Positions 1 to 11,507 of a DNA stretch of 64,000 bases are shown here, piece by piece. Location of the stretch: positions 113,336,001 through 113,400,000 of the forward strand of contig OZ024743.1 in assembly GCA_964016885.1 (NCBI GenBank), written 5' to 3'. Under the pieces are notes generated by a model, which did no database searches, had not been told where the DNA came from, and saw nothing but the letters and a program-made list of their open reading frames with translations. The DNA is from Eledone cirrhosa (taxonomy: Eukaryota). A program made the position numbers and the translations under genes. How positions within the stretch are numbered: position 1 is the stretch's first letter; each line of letters begins with the position of its first letter.

Positions 1-22
1 TGTGTGTGTGTATATATATATA

Positions 23-54
<32 letters not shown>

Positions 55-769
55 CTTTTGTGTACATCCATATATGAATATATGAATACATATGTATATT
101 TGTGTATGTTAAAATATGTATATTGACAACAATGAATTATTTTGCGCAAAAACATCGTTTTTAATATATTCCAATTCATTTTTTCATTGCTTATTCTTTT
201 TCTATATTATTTATTCCATGTAAACATTATTAACATAGCAATATATGGAAGTGTCTTTAAATAGGAATCTTTGTTTTATTGAAAAATCAAAATTTTAAAG
301 ATCATTGCCAAGTACTTTTTTTATTTTGTTATTTTTCCATTTATTGTAAATTTTTTTTTTTTTTTCCTTTTTTTCTTTTTTTAGGGAGGGATGTGTGTGG
401 TGATGAGGGGTATGGTTGGCTATTTGGTTGGTTCCTTCGTTCGATGTTTGGTTGTTTACTCTTGGAATGGTTCCAGTTACCGAGAAAGTAACTTACACAC
501 ACTCATGGTAAGCTGCCAAGAGACAAACAGTTTTAACACACTTGTTGAAATTTCACTTGTTTGGTCAGGAAAATTAAAAATAGACCTGCAAATCTCTGAA
601 ACCCTTGAATTTCTTTAGTCGTCTTTTAGCTTACAGGAATTGATTGAGATCTGCCAGTAAATGGCATTCAGCTATCTGTCCCCCATCCTGTCTCTCTCTG
701 CACGAAGGGCTAAAAGTCTGAAATGTTGAACTCTGATCTCTATTTCTTCCTGTTACAGTGGGATGTAAA

Positions 770-1130
770 ATACTTACAGGGTATTTTCATAGTTGAGTGC
801 ATAGCTCAGTGATCAGAGATTCACTCCAGGTAGAGCTGCTACATCTCCGAATTGAGAGATCACAGCTCTGATACTATGGGCACGTGGTAGAATGTTTCAA
901 GAAAGAATCGCTGACAGCTTTTATGGGCAAAATCAACTGACAGAAGACCCGAGGGTTAACCCTGAGCAAGATGGTTGGATAACATCCATGAGCTTGGCTG
1001 GTCATGCTCAGGGATCCAGCTGGATCAGTTGGTGACAGAACCTTCTGATATGACCCACTCGAAGGAGTGTTTGAAGACTGTGTCCCTACGACCCTCCCAG
1101 GATTAAGTGGGCGAAGAAAAAGAAGAAATC
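770..1130 (+). mobile_element. Decayed 3' end of an RTE LINE (Expander/RTE-1-like family)
   Basis: Reads approximately ..HSSVIRDSLQVELLHLRIERSQL*YYGHVV.. and ends in a GAA-rich tail; homologous to 28938-29216. Confidence 0.75.
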
Positions 1131-1359
1131 TTTTGGATTGATACCTATACGCCAATGCAGCATCAACCTCTACATGGTTTCATCATATTTCATCTGCAGT
1201 CAAAATCATAGAGCCCATAACCTTGCCTTAAAAGTCTTGTGTATGAGCCATTTAATCTTTTCTGTAACTTTTCTATCATTGTCCACGTTTCAGAGCCATA
1301 CAAAATATAGACTCAACCTTAACCCCTAACATTTGTACTTTTAATTCAACACTTAAATT

Positions 1360-1545
1360 GTTAACTATAAATGTGGTTGGTGTTAGGAATGGCAACCAGC
1401 CGTGGAAAACCTGCCAGAGACATTTCTGTATGAGCGAGACACGGTCTTCACACCAATCTCGCCTCAAGTGGAACAAAACCATCCAACCCATGCTAACGTG
1501 GAAGATAGATGTTAAATGATTATGATGATGATGATGATGATGACC
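1360..1545 (+). mobile_element. 5'-truncated RTE 3' UTR copy (SINE-like)
   Basis: gtggttggtgttaggaa..cagccgtggaaa..cccatgctaacgtggaagatagatgttaaa followed by (TGA)n; same tail as the RTE at 1965-3110. Confidence 0.8.
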
Positions 1546-1964
1546 ACACAATGTCCACCTCTACATTGGATGGTTACCTATATGAAAGGTCAGTAACTCC
1601 ACTTGAATATTGACTCAGTCTGTAAAGACCTATTCAATCCTGGCTAGCAGGGAAAATGGACATTAAATGATGATGCCAACACAGTGCCAACCACCAGATT
1701 GAATTACTATTTATATGTTGATACATTATCCTCTTCTAGGGTGAGCTGGGTATCTTGCCCATAAGCCAACATGCTTCCTTCTGTTAGATTGGAATGGTAC
1801 ATATTTTTCATCACAGTACCTTCTCCTAGCTAAAACTGAATTACTACATATATGTCAGAGCAGTACTTACATCTAGATAGGATTACTATCCATGGGCCAA
1901 AGCAGTACTCTATTTGCTGGATTGCTACACACAAGCTGATGCAGTAGTCTCCCCTATATTTAGA

Positions 1965-3110
1965 TCATCATCATCATCATCATCTTCGTTTAACGTCCAT
2001 TTACCACACTAGCATGGGTTAGACGGGAGTTGTCCCACTTGTGGCAAGGCTGGTCGAGTGACCGTGTCTCACTCATATAGGATATCTGGCAGGTTTTCTA
2101 CGGCTGGATGCCCTTCCTAACACCAACCATATTTACAGTGTGGAACTGGGAACTTTTTACCATGTTACCTACACGACCACATTACAGTGTGGACTGTGTG
2201 TGTTTTTTTTTTGTCGTGATACCTACACGATCTCGAGCTCCTTTTCTCGTGCTGTTGTTGGGAGTGGGAGGATAGGGTAGTGGATTGGGGTGTATATTTG
2301 GTTAAGAGGTGCCTACTGACTGTAGGTTTCGCTTTGTACATAGGCAAGGCTGGTCTTCTGTATTACTGCGTAGCGCCAAAGATCTCGGTCCAGAGACATT
2401 GTCTTAGAGAGATGTAAGTGTGTGAGGTCGGAATTTATCAGATCATCCCAGGTTTTTCTGGGTCTACCTACTCCATAACTACCATCAATTTTGATCGCCC
2501 TACACTTTTTTATGCAGCTGTCATCTTTCATGCGCATCAGGTGACCATACCAACATAGTCTTCTCTCAAGTAAACAGCATCTGATCCCTCTAATTCCTAA
2601 TTTCTCACTTAGTTCATTTATGCTTTGCCGTTCACGTATATTACTATTACACATCCAATGGAGCATGCATGCTTCATTCCTTTCCAGTCTACGCAGGTCC
2701 TCTGCATGTAATGCCCATGTCTCACTGCCATGTAGCATTGTTGTTCGTATACAGGCATCATACAATCTGCCTTTCATTTTTAGAGAGAACCCTTTTGTGG
2801 CCAACAGCGGTATAAGCTCTCTGAACTTTTTCCATCCCATTCTGACTCTAGCTACTGTACTTTCAGAACACCCTCCACCACTGCTGATTTTGTCACCCAG
2901 GTAACGGAAAGTGTCTACTATTTCTATAGAACCATCTGGGCAATAGAAGGAGCTAGTATCCTTTGGACACTTGCTACTTATTGCACCTGAGCATCGGCTA
3001 CATATAAAGTCTACATTCTTAGATAGTTTACCTGTGATCCGACTACATCTTTTATGTACCCATACTTTGCATTTGGGACATAAAATGGAATTTCTGCCTA
3101 CTCCTTTCCT
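1965..3110 (-). mobile_element. 5'-truncated RTE LINE: C-terminal ORF plus complete 3' UTR and (ATG)n tail
   Basis: ORF 2313-3179(-) has RTE C-terminal motifs (FRYLGDKIS, KGRLYDACIRTTMLHGSETW, WYGHLMRM, GRPRKTWDD) and is followed by the shared UTR and a tail seen as (CAT)n on the + strand. Confidence 0.92.
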
Positions 3111-3338
3111 ATAGTGGTAAACATGGCCTTCCATCATACAGTAATGACATCTAACAATTCCACAGGTGATTATGTTCATTATTTCTGTTTAACACGTGTG
3201 CATGGAAAACAGATGTAAAATTGTGATGATGATCATGATGATAATGATGATATATGACTTGGCCCCCAAAAAAGGCTTTTTGTACCAACAAAGAGAAAAA
3301 AAGACAATACTCAATAAAACATGTAGAAATTTGTCATA

Positions 3339-3418
3339 TACGGGGTGTCCAAAAAATGTATACGCATATTTATTAGAATGCTGTTGAAGTGTGTATACAT
3401 TTTTGGGAGACACCTGTA
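3339..3418. mobile_element. ~80-bp Tc1/mariner-type MITE
   Basis: TA-CGGGGTGTCC...GACACCTG-TA imperfect TIRs; related copies at 27951-28028 and 44969-45062. Confidence 0.7.
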
Positions 3419-3684
3419 TATTTGAAGCTGGAAATTTGACTAACTGTTAATAAGAGTTTTTTGCATTTTACATATCTGATCTTTGTTCAAAGATCAGAAA
3501 TACAACATTTGGAGTAATGGCCAGTTTTTATCACTTCTAATATATGTATATGTAAATAAGAATATAGGTCTGTCAAATACTTAGATCTGAATATAGATAC
3601 AACTAGAACAAATATCCCAACTTGTAAACAATACACTCAGTAAAACAAAGTCAACTATAAACTAAATACCTATGAACTAAATGT

Positions 3685-3982
3685 TTGTCGTGCTCAGAGT
3701 TGCTGAAGCATGTAACAAACTACTACCCGCATTAGTTGTTAGCTGTTGGGACATACGTCCTTCAAAACTTCCATGCTTCCCAAAATTTGCCAACACTACA
3801 CCTGATACTCCCTTTACATATATGCACACACTTGTGTGTATGTGTGTCTGTGTGTATATCATGACTCATACACTGTTCACTTTCCTGACACTTGTACATT
3901 ATTCTATGTACTATACATGCACCTTTGATGAGTTGTAGTACACCTGAGCACTGTAGACAATCATTTTTATTATTATTATTAT
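3685..3982 (+). mobile_element. CR1-like LINE 3' end
   Basis: LRVAEA(W>C)NKL.PALVVSC..FK resembles the CR1/L2 RT C-terminal RVxxxWNxLP motif; 3' UTR ends in (TTA)n. Confidence 0.6.
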
Positions 3983-4267
3983 AGATCTAAGACGTCATCC
4001 ATAATTCCTATCTCAGACATCATACATAATACCTATCTCAGACATCATCCATATTTCTTGATTCATATTCTGTAATCCAACCACCAATCTGTTTTAAGTA
4101 CCAATATGAACGACAGAATTTTCAAGCTATAGCTGTTATATTATGCAGTTTCTGTATAATAATAAATAAATAATGCTTATTATCTATATAGTTATATGTG
4201 TATCCCGAGTTCAATCGGGGGTAATCACAGTAAGTAAGGTACTCAATACATAGCAGAGTATAAATAT

Positions 4268-4491
4268 TTAACCCTTTTAGCAATCACATTACTCTATATA
4301 TTATATTTTCTTGGTCAAGGCTTAACCTTGCATAATTATCTCACATAATATCGAATCTATGAGATTTTGAAAGTATTTATTTTGAGAACAATACCTTAAC
4401 ATCAGTTTGAGTGACCAGTTACAGCCAGTTTCAACAGAAAGAGGTAAAGAATTCTGGCCAGTTTTGGCCAGTTTGAACATTAAAGGGTTAA
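4268..4491 (+). mobile_element. ~225-bp piggyBac-type MITE (TTAA target)
   Basis: TTAA-CCCTTTTAGCA ... TAAAGGG-TTAA; at least 8 copies in the window. Confidence 0.8.
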
Positions 4492-4584
4492 TATAGAAAT
4501 GGCTTCTACAGGACTAGAACTGTTTTATTCAAATGAAACAGTTCTAGTCCTGTAGAAGCCATAGTTATATATATATATATAAAA

Positions 4585-5103
4585 CCATCCAGCATACACT
4601 GTAAATGTGGTTGGTGTTAGGAAGGGCATCCAGCCATAGAAACTAAGCCAGAAACAGTTCTATGAGCAAGACACATTCACCTGACCTAACTTGCGTCAAA
4701 CAGGACAACCCATCTAACCTATGCTGGTGTGGAAAAGTGGAAGTTAAACAGTGATGATGATATATATATTTATACACACTACTCTGTAAGGTGGTAGTGC
4801 TGAAGTTATAAAAAGCACCTAGTCCATTCTATAAGGTGATAGTACAAGAACCACAACAAAAAAACATGCTATCTACCCTGAATGGTTGTAGTGCTGGGGT
4901 CACGATAAAATGTTCCCAGTACAAACTGCAAAGTGGTTGGCATTAGGAAGGTCATCCAGCTGTAGAAACCATGCCAAAAATATAGCGTACTGGCAAGACA
5001 CGGTTCCCTGACCAGTTTAGACTCAGTATGTGACACTCTGACTAATGCAAGCATGTAAAATAGACGTTAAACAGTTATGATGACTGTTGATGATGATGAT
5101 GAT
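4585..5103 (+). mobile_element. Two tandem truncated RTE 3' UTR copies
   Basis: Both carry ggttgg(t/c)(g/a)ttaggaagg.catccagc and end in gttaaacag plus (TGA)n. Confidence 0.7.
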
Positions 5104-5384
5104 AATTGAAATAAGTACCGGGGTAGGGGGTTGATATCATTGACTAAATATCTTGGAGGTACTGAACTAGCATGGCCACAGTCCATTGACCAACTGAAGC
5201 CATTAAAAGAGTAAAAGATTATATATTATACTCCCTGCCAACACAGCTAACTATTGTGGTTACTTAACAATAAAATCTGTTTTTTTTGAAGTGGAATCTA
5301 ATTATCTAAGAGACCAGTGCCAGTAAATAGCTGGTTACCTACTTTCTCTGCTATTGTTTATATACATTCACAACTGATTGATGT

Positions 5385-5880
5385 CAGTGGTGGTGGTGGT
5401 GGCAGTGACTTTACAGAGTGGGTGGGAGTTTATTGTGATGGTGGTGGTGGTGGCTTTGCGTAATAGTTGGGAGTTTATTATCATGATGGTGGTGGTTGTG
5501 ATGGTAGTGGTGGCGGCGGCTTAATGGAATAGTTGGAGGTTTATTGTGATGGTGGTGGTAGTTGTGGCTATTGTGGTGGTGGTGGTGGTGGTGGTGGTGG
5601 TGGTACTGGTGCTAGTGGCAGTGGTGCAGCTTCGCGGAGTGGGTTTGAGTTTAATGTGATGATGGTGGTATTTGTGATGGTGGTGGTGGTGGTGGTGTTG
5701 GTTTTGAGGATTATGATGATTGGTGATTGCGTAAATAGTTGTTTGAGGTTTATGGTAGCAGTAGTGGCGGTGGTGATAGTCAAGGAAGTATTGGTGGTAG
5801 TGGTGGTGGTGGTGGTGGTGGTTGTATTAATGATTGTTTGAGGGTTGTAGCATTGGTGGGGTGGGTGCTGATGGTGATAA
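5385..5880. repeat. (GGT)n-rich low-complexity tract
   Basis: Degenerate GGT/GAT triplets. Confidence 0.9.
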
Positions 5881-6382
5881 TTTAGAAATAGTCCAAGTTG
5901 CAATGGTGGGAAAATACTGACCTATGCTCAACAATTCCAATCAAGAATATAATGAATGGTGTGAATGGATAGAGAAAGTTGTTGTTCATCTTTGTGTAGA
6001 ACTATGACAAATGGATTTCCAGCTGTGACCAACCTGTATTTTTTGTATATTGTGTACTATACTGTTTAATGATCCTTCAAGTGGGATTTGAATGAATTTG
6101 GTTGCTATTTCTAACATAGTGAGTGTTTACATAGACATTTTCAACAACTGTGCTGCAAGTTTTTGAAGCTAGTCAGTCAGAAAATACAAAAGCATTTAAA
6201 AACCGTGAATGTTTTTAATTCACAGCAATGGCGCATCATGCATTTCTTTGTAGTTAATTGCAATGCAGGTTTTATCCTTTTCTGAAGTCAATAAGAATAT
6301 AGTACCAGTCAAGTATTAGGGTCAAATTGATATATCTAGAAACGTATCTTTGGTATGATGTATATTACAGTAGAGGGCGCTA

Positions 6383-6609
6383 TTAACCCTTTAGCATTTA
6401 CATTACTCTATATATACTATTGTCTTTTTGTGGTAAACGATTTATCTTACATAATTATCTTATACTATTGATTCTATGAGATTTTCATGTTATTTATTTT
6501 GCGAACAATAGCTTAACGTCAGTATGAGCGGCCAGTTACGGCTGGTTTGAACAGAAAGAGGTGAGTGAATTCTGGCCAGATATGGCTGGTTTAAATGCTA
6601 AAGGATTAC
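6383..6609 (+). mobile_element. piggyBac-type MITE copy
   Basis: TTAACCCTTTAGCATTTAC ... TAAATGCTAAAGGATTA. Confidence 0.8.
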
Positions 6610-6667
6610 AAGTGTCCTAGCGCAAGTTGGTGGTATTAAGTTGGGCAGTAATCATCATCATCATTAT

Positions 6668-6845
6668 GGCGGTGGATTGGCAGTATCAGTAGAGGGTCGG
6701 ACGCCATGCTTTCCAGCATAGTTATGTCCCTATATGATCTGAGTTCAAATCCCGCCGAGGTTGACTTTGCCTTTCATCCTTACGGGGTCGATAAAATAAA
6801 GTACCAGTAATGCACTGGGTAATTGCTGGCCTTGAGACAATTATT
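6668..6845 (+). mobile_element. tRNA-derived SINE with a Meta/MESC-like central domain
   Basis: B-box GAGTTCAAATCC followed by GACTTTGCCTTTCATCCTTACGGGGTCGATAAAATAAAGTACCAG; more than 10 copies in the window. Confidence 0.8.
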
Positions 6846-6849
6846 GCCA

Positions 6850-7320
6850 TTATCATCATCAACACCATCATCAACATTTCCACATTACCAACATCACCAC
6901 CACTACCTCCACTCCACCACCTCCACTCCACTACTCCTCCACATCACTATTTCTTCACTCCCACACACCACCATACAGCCATTCCATTCTACTACTTCCC
7001 CATTTCACAACACCACCACCCTACTACTCTCCCACTCCCTCACACCACCACCACTCCACCACCCCACTCCACCACAAACCCCCTTCTCACCATTACACTA
7101 CACATCCCCTACTCCACCCACCACACCATACCACTACACCACCAGCACTCCCCCCACACCACTACACTACACTTTCACAACTCTAGCCCCCCCCCACACA
7201 CCACCACCGCCACCACCACCACCACCACCAATCAAACACACTACTAGGCAACCATTACATCACCACTCCACCACCACATCTTCATGCCACTCCACCACAC
7301 CACCACCACCACCACCACTA
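6850..7320. repeat. (ACC/CAC)-rich low-complexity tract
   Basis: Degenerate CCA triplets. Confidence 0.85.
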
Positions 7321-7460
7321 TGGTAGCAGGGATGAACCAATGTAATTCCCTGTCCATATATATATCTGTTAATATTTCCACTCCCAGTATTCTCTCTTCC
7401 TCATTGGTGACCATCAACCAAGCTGATCACTTCTTTACACAGCTTGTAAATTAATCTAAT

Positions 7461-7640
7461 ATTGTTTCTACTTTTGGCACAAGGCCAGCAATTACCCAGT
7501 ACATTACTGGTACTTTATTTTATTGACCCCGTAAGGATGAAAGGCAAAGTTAACCTCGACGGGATTTAAACTCAGACCGTAAAGGGACGTAACTATGCTG
7601 GAAAGCATGGCGTCCGACTCTCTACCGATACTGCCAATCT
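7461..7640 (-). mobile_element. Meta/MESC-like SINE with 13-bp TSD
   Basis: TAATCTAATATTG at 7452-7464 and 7640-7652 flanks the element. Confidence 0.85.
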
Positions 7641-7729
7641 AATCTAATATTGCTGTTTATGTAGGGGAACAACTATTTCTACAATGTCCTGTCTTACATT
7701 TTTACCTTATTAACTCTTACCACATGCTA

Positions 7730-9680
7730 CCTCCAGTAATAACCACCACCATCTACAGCAACGCTACCACCTCCAACACCAACACTATCACCACCAGCAC
7801 CATCAACACCAACACTACCACAACCACAACTACCAACCCCAACCCTACCACCACCACCACTACCACCACTACCATCAACACCAACACTACCACAACTACC
7901 AACACCAGCACCTCCACCAACACTACCATCAACAGCAACACTACCATCTCCCCAACTACTAATACCAACACTATTACCACCACCACCACCACCACTACCA
8001 CTACCATCAACACCAACACTACCACAACTACCAACACAACACTACCATTAACAGCAACACTACCATCTCACCAACACTACCACCACCACCACCACCACTA
8101 CCATCAACACCAACACTACCACAACTACCAACACTACTACCAACACTACCACCAACACCACTACTACCATCAACACCAACACTACCACCAACACCACTAC
8201 CATCAACACCAACACTACCACAACTACCAACACCAACACTACCACAACTACCAACACCAACATTACCACCAACACCACTACCATCAACACCAACACTACC
8301 ACAACCACTACCACTACCACCACTAACACCAACACTACCTTAACTACCAACACCACCACAACTACCAACACCAACACTACCATCAACACCAACACTACCA
8401 CTACCACCACTAACACCAACACTACCACTGACACCAACACTACCACCAACAACAAAACTACCACCAACACTACCACCTCTTCCACCACTACTTCCACCAA
8501 ATCTACCACCATTTCCTTTTCTGCCTCCACAATCACCATCCCCAACATCAACACTACTACCTCCTCCTCTACCCCCCGTAACACTTCATCCAACAACTCC
8601 TCCACCACCACCACCACCACCACCACCACCACCACCACCACCACCACCACCACCACCACCACCACCACCATCAGCAACAGCACCAATACCATCACCACCA
8701 CCACCACCATCATCAGCAACAGCCACTAATACCACCACCACCACCACCACTACCATCATCAGCAACAGCCACTAATACCACCACCACCACCACCACCATC
8801 ATCAGCAACAGCACCAATACCACCATCACCACCACCACCACCACCATCATCAGCAACAGCCACTAATACCACCACCACCACCACCACCACCATCATCAGC
8901 AACAGCACCAATACCACCACCACCACCACCATCATCAGCAACAGCACCAATACATCACCACCACCACCACCATCAGCAGCAACAGCACCAATACCACCAC
9001 CACCACCACCACCGCCATCATCAGCAACAGCCACTAATACCACCACCACCACCACCACCATCATCAGCAACAGCACCAATACCACCACCACCATTATCAG
9101 CAACAGCACCAATACCACCACCACCACCACTACCATCATCAGCAACAGCACCAATACCACCACCACCACCACTACCATCATCAGCAACAGCACCAATACC
9201 ATCATCACCATCACCACCACCATTATCAGCAACAGCACCAATACCACCACCACCACCACCAGCAACAGCACCAATACCACCACCACCACCACCACCACCA
9301 TCATCAGCAACAGCACCAATACCACCACCACCACCATCACCATCATCAGCAACAGCACCAATACCATCACCACCACCACCACCACCACCACCACCATCAT
9401 CAGCAACAGCACCAACACCATCACCACCACCACCACCACCATCATCAGCAACAGCACCAATACACCACCACCACCACTACCATCATCAGCAACAGCACCA
9501 ATACCACCACCACCACCATCACCATCATCAGCAACAGCACCAATACCATCACCACCACCATCATCAGCAACAGCACCAATACCATCACCACCACCACCAC
9601 CACCATCAGCAACAGCACCAATACCATCACCACCACCACCACCACTACCATCATCAGCAACAGCAGTACCAATACCACCA
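7730..9680. repeat. Composite (ACC)n micro/minisatellite
   Basis: Units CACCAACACTAC(CACAACTAC) at 7730-8470, pure ACC at ~8602-8668, then (ACC)nATCATCAGCAACAGCACCAAT units to 9680. Confidence 0.92.
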
Positions 9681-9684
9681 TAGG

Positions 9685-9830
9685 CAGCAGCAGCTGGATT
9701 CCTGGAATGAAAGAGAAAAAGGATGAAACAAAGACCCCTTTCTTGGTGAGGGACATTTCAAGAGAATCTTACGGTTCTCAACATCACCTGGAAAGGATGT
9801 GAAAGAGCATCAGTGGATTGTGTATATATG
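9685..9830 (+). mobile_element. Old RTE 3' ORF remnant (different family)
   Basis: SWIPG....TFQENLTVLNITWKGCERASVDCV; homologous to 29380-29600(-). Confidence 0.55.
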
Positions 9831-10059
9831 GTTGTTTGGATGATACACACGTCATCTGATGAGGGTCCAATTAGATCCAAAAGTCGATCAATTAAATATG
9901 TTCATAATTTTCCGTCTAACCCATGCTAGCATGGAAAATGGATATTAAACAATAATGATGATGATGATGATGTATGTGGAAAGTAAATAGAAAACAACAA
10001 CAAAAAAAATGATAGAGTTCAATGAAAAAATATATTTAATGTTTGATATGATAGGAAAA

Positions 10060-10170
10060 GATCTTAAAGTTTTGGACGCTAGTCCTTCATCAGAAGAGAA
10101 TAAGAAATGAAAGAAGAAATAGAAAGATAGAGAAGAAATGGGGAAAAATTATTTGAGAAAAGCATGTGTG
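10060..10170 (-). other. Penelope-like pLTR remnant with a degenerate minimal hammerhead motif
   Basis: Minus strand TCTT-CTGATGA-A-GGAC-tagc-GTCC-AAAAC-TTT-AAGA; a second copy of the family at 26885-27050(+) reads GTGATCA-A-GGAC-tagt-GTCT-GAAAC-GTT-GAGA. Confidence 0.55.
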
Positions 10171-10242
10171 TATTCAATCAGCCTATATATATATATATAT
10201 ATAGTTATAGGAATAACCAAAGAGTGCTTAGAGCTACATTGT

Positions 10243-10295
10243 TTTATTAGCTAACAGTGTTTCATCCATACACCATGGCAGGAATCATCAGAGCC
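10243..10295 (-). ncRNA. Minimal type-I hammerhead ribozyme-like motif
   Basis: GGCT-CTGATGA-T-TCC..GGA-T-GAAAC-act-GT-T-AGCT then AATAAA; stems I, II and III can all be formed. Confidence 0.6.
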
Positions 10296-10524
10296 TATAA
10301 ATAAGAGTATATCAATAGTTGCATGCGCCATCGAGCTCCATTACACACACACATATATATATATATGTGTGTGTGTATATGTATAAATATTTTCTGTTCC
10401 CTGGTCCATTCCTCTATGCATATCTTAGTACTGGGTGCCTTAAAAATCCAGTCATAATGTGATGATGCTATGAGTAACATATGGTGTGTCCAACTGACCT
10501 GACTTGCATCATGAATAGGACCAC

Positions 10525-10710
10525 CCAGTTCCACACTGTAAATGTGGTTGGTGTTAGGATGGGTATCCAGCTGTAAAGAGGCCAGCTAAAATACAGTTCC
10601 ATTTGAGCAAGGTATGGTGCGGGCCAACTGGCCAAACTTGTCTCATAACATGGACGCCCTGCCTAACCCTTGCAAGTGTGGAAAAATAGACATTAAATAG
10701 AAATGATGAT
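10525..10710 (+). mobile_element. Truncated RTE 3' UTR copy
   Basis: Shared UTR core and (ATG)n tail. Confidence 0.75.
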
Positions 10711-10882
10711 ATATGTATGTATATTTGTATATACATGTCTGTATGTATATATAATAGTCAGTCATGTTTATTTTGTTTATGATGTGTATTTGTTGGCTGT
10801 TTGTTTATTTTAACATTCTGTTTTGTTAAAGGTAATGCTTCCATAATTAGTCAGCGACTTCTGTGGGGAATTTTATATAGTA

Positions 10883-11507
10883 CTAGTAATGGTACCCGGC
10901 ATTGCACAGGATAAGGTATTTTGGAGTGCGGGCCGCCAACAGGCCTAATCGTGGAAAAACTGCATGCCTGGACAATATGTAAAGAAAATAAAGCGGATAC
11001 TCTGATGGCTTGATAATCTTTAAGATTTTCCTCGATGAAGCAGGAAAAATGCAGGTTTTCACCTAATGCGGGCCCTAGGGGATTAAGAAAATGAATTTTT
11101 TTTATGTGCATAATATGCTTTGAAATTTCAGGAAAATTGGCTAGACCTAACGCCTCGAAAAAGCCCTAAAAAGCTGAAAAAATGAAGTTTTTCACCCAAG
11201 GCCATAAAAAAGTTGGATTTTCTTTGCTCACGGTATGAAGAAGAGACTGACTAATACATAGTTACAATTTCAAGGAAATCGGTCTGACGTAACACCTCAA
11301 AAAACCCCTAAAAAGCTGAAAAAATGCAGTTTTACACGTAAGGGATCAAAAAGTTGAATTATTTTATGTCCATAACACTCCCTGAAACATAAGTAATACA
11401 CATGTACAGTTTGAAAATAATCGGTTGGGTACTTCTCGAGTTTTAGGGATTCAAACTCACAGACACACACACACAGACAGACATCGTCAGTTTTATATAT
11501 ATATAGA
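10883..11507 (-). mobile_element. Non-autonomous Helitron
   Basis: The minus strand starts TC(TATA..) and ends in a GC hairpin (CCTGTGCAATGCCGGG) plus CTAG, inserted between A and T. It has a CAGA/CA microsatellite near the 5' end and internal ~150-bp repeats. Confidence 0.85.

Noticed and set aside
7724-9756. Mucin-like Thr-rich, poly-Val or His-rich ORFs
   Set aside because: These are translations of ACC/GGT triplet repeats open in several frames on both strands, with no splice or domain evidence. The same applies at 5533-5903, 41779-42362 and 50297-51355.
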